Shown piece after piece: positions 52,072-60,572 of a stretch of 64,000 nt of DNA. Source of the stretch: Saprospiraceae bacterium (lineage in GTDB: Bacteria > Bacteroidota > Bacteroidia > Chitinophagales > Saprospiraceae). The notes beneath the pieces were generated by a model, which was not told the DNA's origin, did no database searches, and was given only the letters and a program-made list of their open reading frames with translations. The translations under genes and the position numbers were made by a program. How positions within the stretch are numbered: position 1 is the stretch's first letter; each line of letters opens with the position of its first letter. Where the stretch lies: assembly GCA_046153695.1 (NCBI GenBank), contig JBJXEZ010000273.1, positions 411 through 64,410 on the forward strand, given 5' to 3'.

Positions 52072-53457
52072 ATGGAAAAAAACGAACACAACGACCCGCT
52101 TGACGAATACGTCCGTCAATCCTTCGATGATCACGAGGAAAGCCCCGCTGCCGATATGTGGTCGCGCATTGAGGGTGACCTGGCACCTGCTGCAGTGCCT
52201 GCCTGGCGCATTTTTTTCCTGCGTAACCGGCTACGCTTGGCTGCGGCAGTCATCGTGTTGTTGCTTTTCAGGTTAGTCTGTGAGCATTATTATTATGAAA
52301 ACAAGTTGAAGGAACTGGTGGTGCAAACCCACCCCAAGCCCCTCCCCCGGGAGGGAGAGGGCCTGGCCCGTACTCCGCCGGTATCCTCTAACCCAGCATC
52401 ACCAAATCTGCCAGTCAATGATCGCCCGTCGACGCTCGATGAAGCCCCCCTCCCCCCCGGGGTTGGGGTTGGGGTTTCGCCCGCTCTGCCGGTATCCACA
52501 AACCCAGCATCACCAAATTTACCTGGCAATGATCGCCCGTCGACGCTCGATGAAGCCCCCCTCCCCCCCGGGGTTGGGGTTTCGCCCACTCCGCCGGTAG
52601 CCTCCAATCCAGCAACACCAAATCCGCCTGTCAATGATCGCCCGTCGACGCTCGATGAAGCCCCCCTCCCCCCTGGGGGTGGGGATTGGTACATCGGCCT
52701 GAGCGCCATGCCGCACCGGACGTTCCAAAGCACGCCGACAACCATACAACGCCCGGGCAGGCCGGTGTTTGTGGGAAAGCCGGAACGATCAATCACCTCC
52801 ACCGACTGGTGGCTGCGCGTTGGCACGCGAACCGGCAAGGGGTTTGGTTTGGAGACCGGGATAGGCTACTCCAAAAATGTTCGGGAGATGGCACACACGG
52901 CGCAGTTTCGTTTTGCCGATGGCACGCCCCATCCTGGCGGGCCGTTTGGGCAGCGGCGCAATTTTTCCTACGACCTGAGCACGTATGGCGGCTCAGCATC
53001 TGTCAGCCTTCGGATGGAATCGTCCGACGGTACCACGCCTGTGGACGACACGGAACCCGTAATCGTCAAGATCAAGACCAGCGAACAAACCCACCTGCTG
53101 AGTGTGCCGCTGCTGCTCACTTACCGGCTCGGAACAGGCCGCTTACAGGCTGTTGCCAAGGCGGGCCTTGTTGGAAATTTTTTCCTGAAAAATGACTTCG
53201 TCATCACCGCCCGGACCTCAGAAAACAGCCGCTTGCGCTTTGTCCAAAATTCTGAAGCATTCGAGTACCAGCGCACAGGCGATTTTTTCCTTGGCTACTG
53301 GGCCTCTGCCGGGCTTGAATTAAAATTGAACCGCCGATTGAGCCTGTTGGCCGAGCCTGTAGTGGCTGGAAATTTTGCTCGCACGGACGCACAGGGCCGC
53401 AGTTTGCCCAATCAAGTACTGGCCGGGCTGAATGTGGGAGCGAATTGGGCGTTTTGA
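52072..53457 (+). CDS. Sigma-associated membrane protein: short cytoplasmic N-domain, one TM, Pro-rich tandem-repeat linker, C-terminal outer-membrane beta-barrel-like domain (copy 1)
   Basis: It starts 5 nt after the sigma stop. The TM segment is LRLAAAVIVLLLFRLV. Three near-identical repeats of ...NPASPNLP.NDRPSTLDEAPLPPGVGV follow. The last ~260 aa have alternating-hydrophobic strands ending in GLNVGANWAF, an aromatic terminal residue as in OMP beta-signals. Confidence 0.6.
   Translation: MEKNEHNDPLDEYVRQSFDDHEESPAADMWSRIEGDLAPAAVPAWRIFFLRNRLRLAAAVIVLLLFRLVCEHYYYENKLKELVVQTHPKPLPREGEGLARTPPVSSNPASPNLPVNDRPSTLDEAPLPPGVGVGVSPALPVSTNPASPNLPGNDRPSTLDEAPLPPGVGVSPTPPVASNPATPNPPVNDRPSTLDEAPLPPGGGDWYIGLSAMPHRTFQSTPTTIQRPGRPVFVGKPERSITSTDWWLRVGTRTGKGFGLETGIGYSKNVREMAHTAQFRFADGTPHPGGPFGQRRNFSYDLSTYGGSASVSLRMESSDGTTPVDDTEPVIVKIKTSEQTHLLSVPLLLTYRLGTGRLQAVAKAGLVGNFFLKNDFVITARTSENSRLRFVQNSEAFEYQRTGDFFLGYWASAGLELKLNRRLSLLAEPVVAGNFARTDAQGRSLPNQVLAGLNVGANWAF
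52372..52684 (+). repeat. Three tandem coding repeats (111, 105 and ~97 bp) in the sigma-partner gene
   Basis: The units start at 52372, 52483 and 52588. The core caatgatcgcccgtcgacgctcgatgaagcccccctccccc is conserved almost perfectly in all three. Confidence 0.85.
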
Positions 53458-53574
53458 CGACAAACAATTTTGGGCCTGCGTGCAGCGAAAAATCATTGTC
53501 CTGCGTCTCCAAGATCACGTACCTTCGGGACAATTCCCGGCCGATTGCCGGCAAGCCACACAAGAACAAGGCCA

Positions 53575-54123
53575 TTGCTGAACGAACAAGAACTCATCCG
53601 GGGTTGTTTGCGCGGGTCCGCGCAAAGCCAGCGGCAACTGTACGACCAGTTTGCCGGCAAGATGTATGCCGTGTGCTTACGTTACGCCCGCTCGTCGTCG
53701 GACGCAACCGACATCCTGCAGGAGGGTTTTGTAAAGGTGTTTACCAAACTGGATCAGTTTCAGTTTCAAGGCTCTTTCGAGGGCTGGGTTCGGCGGATCA
53801 TGATCAACACAGCCCTGCGCAGCTATCAACGACAGCGTTTTGACTATGAAACCTACGGTTACGAGCACTTGCCGGAATCCCCCGTAGAACCCGACGCGTT
53901 GGCGAGCCTGTCGGAGGCCGAGCTGCTCCGCCTCATTAGTCGCCTTCCTGATGGCTACCGGGTGGTGTTCAACATGGTGGCCATCGAAGGGTACTCGCAT
54001 GCTGAGGTGGCTGATATGCTGGGCATACAGGAAAGCACCTCCAGATCCCAACTGACCAAAGCACGCCGCTGGCTGTGCGAACAACTCGAAACACTAAACC
54101 AGATTGCCCATCAAAAAACCTGA
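53575..54123 (+). CDS. ECF-type RNA polymerase sigma factor (copy 2 of the tandem pair)
   Basis: It is a paralogue of 51536-52066: SSDATDILQEGFVKVF...FEGWVRRIMINTAL; YRVVFNMVAIEGYSHAEVADMLGIQESTSRSQLTKAR. There is no in-frame ATG near the homologous N-terminus. TTG at 53575 gives a product colinear with copy 1, whereas the listed ATG at 53470 would add 35 unrelated residues. Confidence 0.8.
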   Translation: MLNEQELIRGCLRGSAQSQRQLYDQFAGKMYAVCLRYARSSSDATDILQEGFVKVFTKLDQFQFQGSFEGWVRRIMINTALRSYQRQRFDYETYGYEHLPESPVEPDALASLSEAELLRLISRLPDGYRVVFNMVAIEGYSHAEVADMLGIQESTSRSQLTKARRWLCEQLETLNQIAHQKT

Positions 54124-54136
54124 AAACGAGTAAAAA

Positions 54137-55588
54137 ATGGAACGACCAAATACTATAGATGACCTGATGCGCCAGCGGTTGCGCGGTGCCGAAGTGCCAC
54201 CCCCGGCCTTTGTTTGGCCTAACGTGGAACAGGCTCTGCGCAAGCGCAAACGACGTTTCCTGATCTGGCTATTCTTTGGCGGGTTTGCTGTTGCTTCGCT
54301 CGCTGTCGGCCTTTGGTGGGCATACCAAGGCCGCCCTGAACCTGCTATTAATCAGCCTGTTGCTGACACTACGCCGCCTGTTAGCCGGCCTTTGGCTTCG
54401 CCAATCCCAAAACAGGCTACTGGCGCAAAATCAACCGATTGGGTTGAGCCAGAGATAAAACTCCCCGCTGCAAATGCAGGTACAGCCAGTATGCCGGGCA
54501 CAACAAAAACGCCCAAAGGAGGCGGCCTTGTCAAGGCGGGCGGCCACGTGCGGGAGACTGCGGTTTTCGAGCAGGCTGGACCACTACCACAAAACTCAAA
54601 TGCCGATAATACTGCAGAACAGAAAGCACCGGTTGGGCAACCAGGTCCTCACATCGTCGCAAGCGAACTGGCCCCGACAACTGCGGATGCATCGAACGTG
54701 AACGAACAGGCTGCTGATCCTGCCACGGCACCTTTTGGTATGGTTGCGTTGGCACTCAACCCTCCGAGCCTTTTGGCACTGCCTGCTCGGCCAAACCCGT
54801 TGATGCATCCCGTATTGTTGCCTCCTGCCAAGGCCAAGCGGACAACAAAAAAATGCTACGATTTCCACGCCAACCCGAAAGCCTGGCTGCTGGACGCTTA
54901 TGTAGGCCCGTCTTGGGCGACCAAGCACCTGACAACCACGGATACCGAACAACAGGACTACCTGGCGGAACGGGAACGTACCGAACGGCGTGACTTTGGG
55001 CTTAATGCCGGTTTGCGGGCCTCCTACCTTTTTGGTGGCAATTTCTTGTTGCGCACCGGGCTGAACCTCGACCATTTTGAGGAACAATTCGAGCATATTG
55101 ACCCAAATTATATCCAGTACGATATCCGTATTACTCAGAAATTCATCAACGGTCAGTGGGTAAGTGTGACCGATACATTGGGGATCCTTTACGGCACCAA
55201 CTACCTGAAAACCTACAACCGGTTCACTATGCTTGATATCCCCCTGCAAGTTGCTCTCGAGCTACGCAGTGGTGCCACCGGAGTCAGCCTGAACCTCGGA
55301 GGCTCGGTCAACCTGCTGTTCGAGAAACGCGGTAGTATCCTGCACCCCGATGGGTTTCCCGTGTCGTTTTCTCCCGGCTCCGGCCAGCAAGAGGTGTTTC
55401 GCAGCAGCCTTGGTATTAGTTTGCTGGGCAGTATTCAATGGTTTTACCATGTCGGCCCGCGCACGCGCGTATTCGCCGAACCGTACTATCGGCACATACT
55501 TGATCCCGTCACCCGGCCCGAACTCCAGTACGAACAATCGTACGGCATTGCCGGGCTGCGGCTCGGCCTGACCCGTATTTTTAACTGA
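54137..55588 (+). CDS. Sigma-associated membrane protein with C-terminal beta-barrel-like domain (copy 2)
   Basis: The architecture matches 52072-53457. The N-terminus is DDLMRQRLRGAEVPPPAFVWPNVEQAL, the TM is FLIWLFFGGFAVASLAVGLWW, and a Pro/Ala-rich linker follows. The C-terminal ~270 aa are strand-rich and end in YGIAGLRLGLTRIFN. Confidence 0.6.
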   Translation: MERPNTIDDLMRQRLRGAEVPPPAFVWPNVEQALRKRKRRFLIWLFFGGFAVASLAVGLWWAYQGRPEPAINQPVADTTPPVSRPLASPIPKQATGAKSTDWVEPEIKLPAANAGTASMPGTTKTPKGGGLVKAGGHVRETAVFEQAGPLPQNSNADNTAEQKAPVGQPGPHIVASELAPTTADASNVNEQAADPATAPFGMVALALNPPSLLALPARPNPLMHPVLLPPAKAKRTTKKCYDFHANPKAWLLDAYVGPSWATKHLTTTDTEQQDYLAERERTERRDFGLNAGLRASYLFGGNFLLRTGLNLDHFEEQFEHIDPNYIQYDIRITQKFINGQWVSVTDTLGILYGTNYLKTYNRFTMLDIPLQVALELRSGATGVSLNLGGSVNLLFEKRGSILHPDGFPVSFSPGSGQQEVFRSSLGISLLGSIQWFYHVGPRTRVFAEPYYRHILDPVTRPELQYEQSYGIAGLRLGLTRIFN

Positions 55589-55676
55589 TCCCGTGTTAAA
55601 TAATATATCCAGAGCAGCATCGAACAACCGAACCGTATCATTAACCGCATAAAACCTGAAAATCATTTACTCGATT

Positions 55677-56651
55677 ATGTATCCAAAAAAGACATTTCAA
55701 TTCTTGTTGGCGATAAGCATACTTGCTGCGGCAGGGTGCAGAAAGGACGAGCGCGAGTTCATCCCATATACGCCTGTGCAGGAAAACCTCGACCTGTTGT
55801 TGGAAAAAGTGCCCGACGCATCCACCAATTCTGTTTTCCAGTTTGGCGGCAATGTAGTGCCTGATACCACCCTCACCTCAACCAGCGGCGTGCGGGTTTT
55901 TCTGGTTGACACTGAAAAGTTGTTTGCCGACGAAAACGGTGTTGCCGTGCCTTGTAGCACTTGCCCTGCACTTAGAATCGAAGTGACAACGGCGCTGCGC
56001 AAAAGCGACTTTGTGGCACATCGGTTGCCCACCTCCACGTACCCGGACCCCAAAATGCTGGAAAGTGTTGGTGCGGTCAATATTCGGGTATTTTGTGGCA
56101 CCAACGAGCTTCGATTACTTCCCAATCGTTACCTGAAAGTGCAAATGCCAGCGCCTACGGATGCACATGCCGATTTGCGGACGTTTGTCGGTGTACTTGA
56201 CTCCGAAAAAAACGTGGCTGGCTGGTTCAATACGGGCGAGTCGGCCTTTTTGGCCCAATGGCCTTTGCCCAATTCCGGTGCCCAGCAATCTGGATACGAG
56301 CTAATCGTCCGACAGACCGGGTGGAGCAACTGTGCTCAGGCCTTGACTGAACCGAGCAGCACGTTTTGCGTAAAACTGCCGCCACAATTTACCGCCCTTA
56401 ATGCCCGCGTCTTTTTGGTTTTTCAGAACAAGAACGCCATAGCTGAGCTCAAAGGAGACGACACGAGTTCTACGTTTTGCTTCTCCGGGGCACCGCTCGG
56501 CTACCCGGTGAACGTTGTTGTAGTGGGCAAAACCGGTGCCCAATATTGGTTGGCCAACCAGTTTACAGAGGTCGGCACCAATGTGGAATTAACCGTCGCC
56601 CCGCTCCCGCTGTCAGAACAAGACTTGATAAATTTTCTAAAAAGCCTTTGA
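55677..56651 (+). CDS. Hypothetical lipoprotein
   Basis: The lipobox is FQFLLAISILAAAGC. I recognise no family. It lies on the same strand directly after the sigma/partner duplication. Confidence 0.55.
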   Translation: MYPKKTFQFLLAISILAAAGCRKDEREFIPYTPVQENLDLLLEKVPDASTNSVFQFGGNVVPDTTLTSTSGVRVFLVDTEKLFADENGVAVPCSTCPALRIEVTTALRKSDFVAHRLPTSTYPDPKMLESVGAVNIRVFCGTNELRLLPNRYLKVQMPAPTDAHADLRTFVGVLDSEKNVAGWFNTGESAFLAQWPLPNSGAQQSGYELIVRQTGWSNCAQALTEPSSTFCVKLPPQFTALNARVFLVFQNKNAIAELKGDDTSSTFCFSGAPLGYPVNVVVVGKTGAQYWLANQFTEVGTNVELTVAPLPLSEQDLINFLKSL

Positions 56652-56727
56652 TCAACAAATACTTGAACGTGTAGAACCCTTTCGCCAGGATTTTCAAATC
56701 GAACACACCCGTGTTAATAGTAATAGG

Positions 56728-56760
56728 CCGAGCCGGAAAAGTCCGTGCTCGGTTTTTTTT
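56728..56760 (+). terminator. Rho-independent terminator after the lipoprotein gene
   Basis: The stem ccgagccgg aaaagt ccgtgctcgg has one bulge and is followed by eight T. Confidence 0.7.
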
Positions 56761-56793
56761 AAAAAATGATGCTGGTAAATGCCGAGCAGCCGC

Positions 56794-56833
56794 AAAAAAA
56801 ATACCGCATACGGTCGCTTAGAACCGTATGCGG
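56794..56833 (-). terminator. Rho-independent terminator after the ArsR-family gene
   Basis: An 11-bp stem ccgcatacggt / accgtatgcgg is followed on the minus strand by a T-run (plus-strand aaaaaaaat at 56794-56802). Confidence 0.7.
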
Positions 56834-56875
56834 CAAGGGTGTGTGTAGGTGGAAATGAAAAATCCGGAGAGACTA

Positions 56876-57214
56876 TTAAATTACGAGTTCTTCCACGAGA
56901 CGGGATATCTGCGACAGCCGGTCGTGGTCCAAAGAATAGAAAATGAATTTGCCTTGGCGGTCGGTTTTTACGACCCCTGCTTTGCGCAGAATCGCCAAGT
57001 GTTGGCTGGCAACACTCTGCTCTAGCCGCAACTTGATGTAAATATCCGTGACCGTCAACTGTTGGTTTTCTTCGAGCAGGTCAATCATGCGCTGTCGCAG
57101 TTTGTGGTTAACCGCTCGCAGCACGAGTGCTGCCTTGCGCAACTCGCTGTAGTCGAGTGGTAAGTCCTGTGCCCCGTTCTTCAGCACAGCGATCTCGGTT
57201 TTTGCTTTTCTCAT
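56876..57214 (-). CDS. ArsR/SmtB-family winged-helix transcriptional regulator
   Basis: LRAVNHKLRQRMIDLLEENQQLTVTDIYIKLRLEQSVASQHLAILRKAGVVKTDRQGKFIFYSL; the start is set at the internal ATG (MRKAKTEI...). Confidence 0.8.
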   Translation of the reverse strand: MRKAKTEIAVLKNGAQDLPLDYSELRKAALVLRAVNHKLRQRMIDLLEENQQLTVTDIYIKLRLEQSVASQHLAILRKAGVVKTDRQGKFIFYSLDHDRLSQISRLVEELVI

Positions 57215-57390
57215 ATTATTTGTTTTAAAATTTCTCAAGTATCTAATGAAACTGTTCTTTTCTTCTCCAAAACTATGCCACTTCATTTAGGGTAGTGGCT
57301 GTATGTTGTTAATAAAACAGGCGTAAACTGACTGACTATCAGTACAAAAATAGAACCGTTTTTTGTCAATTTGATTTTTTTTTACATTTT

Positions 57391-58134
57391 TTATCCCATC
57401 GTCATTTTCTTGGAAATCGTGATGTTTGGCGGTTTCATGTAAAAAGGCTCAAAATATGCTGTGTCCTGAAAATCAACGTTTTGAAAACATACCTCTGCGA
57501 TAATGGCCAGATGGGATGCCGAGCATACCTGTGGTTCGGAAAAAACCGCATTCTCAAAAACAGGACCGTTCGATATTTTTTTTGCGCCATTCCCGGACAG
57601 AACCAGCAAGCCTGTAGGCTTAACGCCTGGGGCATTTTGCAAAAAATATTGAAACAAATCGTGTTCTAAAATCAGCGGCTGAGCAGGCATGACCTCCCGG
57701 AGGCTGTGGTCAAACACCGCAGTCCAAACTTCTTTGCGTCGGGCATCCAGCATAGGCATGTAAAATAACGGGTTGTTCACGCCCGGCCCATCAGACGTGC
57801 GACCTGTACCCTGGTCACGCATGCTCGCCGATGCCAGTGCCAGAAGCGTGTCCACAGCGATGAGCGGTTTATCCAGTGCATAACATATGCCCTTGGCCAC
57901 GGCGGCGCCCACGCGCAAAGAAGTGTAAGAACCCGGGCCACGACTGACGGCCACAGCATCTAAATTGGCCAGCGGAATGCCAGCCTGACGGGTACACGCC
58001 TCGATGAGCAGGGTAAGGGTAGCGGCATGGTTGGGCTGGTCCAGGGCTTCGGCAAGCGCCACCACCGTGCCGTCAACGGCAATGGCTGTGGAGCAGACAT
58101 CGGTAGCGGTTTCTATAAGCAGAATTCTGGCCAT
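57391..58134 (-). CDS. tsaB: tRNA threonylcarbamoyladenosine biosynthesis protein TsaB
   Basis: ILLIETATDVCSTAI and VSRGPGSYTSLRVGAAVAKG motifs; 247 aa. Confidence 0.85.
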   Translation of the reverse strand: MARILLIETATDVCSTAIAVDGTVVALAEALDQPNHAATLTLLIEACTRQAGIPLANLDAVAVSRGPGSYTSLRVGAAVAKGICYALDKPLIAVDTLLALASASMRDQGTGRTSDGPGVNNPLFYMPMLDARRKEVWTAVFDHSLREVMPAQPLILEHDLFQYFLQNAPGVKPTGLLVLSGNGAKKISNGPVFENAVFSEPQVCSASHLAIIAEVCFQNVDFQDTAYFEPFYMKPPNITISKKMTMG

Positions 58135-58137
58135 CGT

Positions 58138-59241
58138 TCAACCGAACAAACTCCCTTGGATAATACCGCCGCCTACCACGTCATCGTCCTCATAAAAAAC
58201 GGCGCTTTGACCGGGTGCTACACCTTTCACATTGGCATGGAACTGCACGTCGATGTCATTGCCCACGGGCAATACCGTGCTCAGCGTGCCCGCGTCGCGG
58301 TAGCGCACCTTGGTTACCGCTTCAATGCCGGAAGCATGCAGGGTAGCGTATTTCATCAGATTGGCCTTGCCCACGAGCATGCCATTGCGGATCAAGTCGT
58401 CTTCGCGGCCCAGTACAACGGTATTGGTGTCGGGCCGGATTTCGGTGACGAACATCGGCTCGCCAAGAGCGATACCAAGCCCTTTGCGCTGACCAACGGT
58501 GTAAAACGGGTAGCCCTCGTGGCGACCCAGCACGCGGCCCTGCACATCTACGAAATTGCCTCCGGCAACACGCTCGTCGAGACCTTCCACCTGACGGCGC
58601 AGGAAGCCACGGTAATCGTTGTCGGGAACGAAACAGATTTCGTAGCTCTCGGCTTTTTTACTCAGTTCGTCCCAGCCACGTTCGGCAGCCATCTCACGCA
58701 CCTCAGGCTTGGTAAACCCGCCGAGGGGCATCCGGGTGCGGTGCAGGCACTCCTGACTGAGGCCCCACAACACGTACGACTGGTCTTTTTGCCGATCGCG
58801 GGCACGGGTGATGTACTTGCGGCCCTCGTGTTCGTTGATGATGCCGTAGTGCCCGGTAGCGATAAACTCGCAGTCAAGCATATCGGCACGGCGCAGCAGG
58901 CTATTCCATTTGATGTGGGTATTGCACAGCACGCACGGGTTTGGGGTACGGCCGGCCATGTATTCGTCCACGAAGTTGTCAATCACATAATCGCCGAATT
59001 CTTCGCGGATATCCACGATGAAGTGGTGAAAACCCAATTTGACGGCCACTTGCCGGGCATCATTGATGCTGTCGAGCGAACAGCAGCCCGTTTCTTTTTT
59101 AGAGCCGCCCGAGGTGGCATAGTCCCAGGTTTTCATGGTTATGCCCACGACTTCCCAGCCCTCCTCGTGAAGAAGGACGGCGGTCACGGTGCTGTCTATG
59201 CCGCCGGACATGGCTACGAGTGCTTTGCCGAGTTTCGACAT
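58138..59241 (-). CDS. mnmA: tRNA 2-thiouridine(34) synthase MnmA
   Basis: It has the PP-loop VAMSGGIDSTV, the catalytic Cys contexts NPCVLCN and KDQSYVLW, and a C-terminal barrel. 367 aa. Confidence 0.93.
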   Translation of the reverse strand: MSKLGKALVAMSGGIDSTVTAVLLHEEGWEVVGITMKTWDYATSGGSKKETGCCSLDSINDARQVAVKLGFHHFIVDIREEFGDYVIDNFVDEYMAGRTPNPCVLCNTHIKWNSLLRRADMLDCEFIATGHYGIINEHEGRKYITRARDRQKDQSYVLWGLSQECLHRTRMPLGGFTKPEVREMAAERGWDELSKKAESYEICFVPDNDYRGFLRRQVEGLDERVAGGNFVDVQGRVLGRHEGYPFYTVGQRKGLGIALGEPMFVTEIRPDTNTVVLGREDDLIRNGMLVGKANLMKYATLHASGIEAVTKVRYRDAGTLSTVLPVGNDIDVQFHANVKGVAPGQSAVFYEDDDVVGGGIIQGSLFG

Positions 59242-59331
59242 TTTTGGGTTGGACGGTTTTGGTTGAGGCTGGTCAAAAATTTTGGATGAGATGTACGGCC
59301 AATGAATACAAAAATGCGTGCATACAGGGCC

Positions 59332-60504
59332 TCAATCCTCCAGCGTTTGCAGGAAATAATCTACTTTGGAGGCGATAGTGTCAGCCTCCTTGTCGCTGCC
59401 GGCCTTTCGGGCCATTTCGGCAGCAGCACGGGCTTTTGGCTTGTTGCCCAAGCGCTTGTACACCTCGGCCAACGTGAGGTAATACTCTGGCAGCCCGCCG
59501 TTTTCTGCTGCGGACTTGGACCATTTTTCGGCTTGTTCCAGCACCGGTTTTTCGGACGGGAACGCCCGGAGCAATCCGATGACCAAATCATGCAGGCGTG
59601 CGGCGTTGTTTTTTACCGTTTTTTTCTGAAACGTCTGCGCGGCCTTGAGGTAGTTCTTGGCATCCTTGGTGGCCGTGTAGTATTTCAGGTCGGCATCTTG
59701 CCCGAACTCCTCGGCGCGGGCAGGCAGGCCTGCCTTCATTTTGGTTTTGGCCTCTTGGAGCAAGCCTTCTTCGCGAAACTCGATGGCTTTTTTCAAGGTG
59801 TTTTGGCAGGCGATGTTGATACGGGTATCCACGGCTTCCTGGCCTTCCTGGGCCGCTATTTTTTCACGATTTGCCAGTAACAGCCCGAATACGCGACTGT
59901 CGGCTTCGATGGCTCCCTCGAGGATGATCTTTTGGTTGAGCGCTGTGCCGAGGTCTTTTTGGCTATTCAGGTATTCGTTGGTGATTTTGAGCGAGGGTTT
60001 ATTGGCGCGGTTGAGGGCGCGAACATAGTCCAGTACGAGCTGTGGGTCGCGGTTGCCGGCGGCGTATTCTTTTTCAAAATCCTTGGACGTGTCGGTTTTG
60101 CCCGCTGCTTTTTGGCCGAAGGCGATGAGACCGTCCGCAGCAAGGCCGCCCACGTGCTTGTGTACCACTTTGCCGCTTGCATCCAGGATGAGCAGGGTAG
60201 GGTAGGCGCTGACGGGGTATTTGCCGGCGAACTCGCTGTTCTCCGGTTTTTCCATGTCATATTTCAGGTTAATAAAGTTGGCGTTGAAGTAGTCGCCGAC
60301 AGCGGGATCGGGAAAAACATTAGCCGCCATGCGTTTGCACGGCCCGCACCACGCGGCATAGGCATCGACAAAAATCAGTTTTTGTTCGGCTTTGGCTTTT
60401 TCCATGGCCTCGGGCCAGGTACCGTGGAAAAAGTTGATACCCTGGGCAGTAGCGAAGATGGTGAGGCAGCCTGCGAACAGTGCCGTTGCGATCAGTTTTT
60501 TCAT
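59332..60504 (-). CDS. Exported thioredoxin-family protein with C-terminal helical (TPR-like) domain
   Basis: The signal peptide is MKKLIATALFAGCLTIFATAQ. The thioredoxin motif is DAYAAWCGPCKRM, followed by a ~250-aa helical C-terminus. Confidence 0.75.
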   Translation of the reverse strand: MKKLIATALFAGCLTIFATAQGINFFHGTWPEAMEKAKAEQKLIFVDAYAAWCGPCKRMAANVFPDPAVGDYFNANFINLKYDMEKPENSEFAGKYPVSAYPTLLILDASGKVVHKHVGGLAADGLIAFGQKAAGKTDTSKDFEKEYAAGNRDPQLVLDYVRALNRANKPSLKITNEYLNSQKDLGTALNQKIILEGAIEADSRVFGLLLANREKIAAQEGQEAVDTRINIACQNTLKKAIEFREEGLLQEAKTKMKAGLPARAEEFGQDADLKYYTATKDAKNYLKAAQTFQKKTVKNNAARLHDLVIGLLRAFPSEKPVLEQAEKWSKSAAENGGLPEYYLTLAEVYKRLGNKPKARAAAEMARKAGSDKEADTIASKVDYFLQTLED

Positions 60505-60535
60505 GTACAGAAAACGTGTTTTTTAAACGAGGATG

Positions 60536-60543
60536 CAAAAGTA
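60536..60543 (-). promoter_or_regulatory. -7 promoter box (TAnnTTTG on the minus strand) upstream of the thioredoxin-family gene
   Basis: caaaagta on the plus strand reads tacttttg on the minus strand, 32 nt upstream of the ATG at 60504. Confidence 0.4.
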
Positions 60544-60572
60544 CGGGAAAATGCGGTTCTGGGCACCGTCCC

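Noticed and set aside
52372-52684. Regularly spaced repeats, considered as a possible CRISPR array.
   Set aside because: The units are contiguous, with no unique spacers, and are 105-111 bp long. They lie in-frame inside a long ORF and encode a Pro-rich linker. No cas genes are present in the window.
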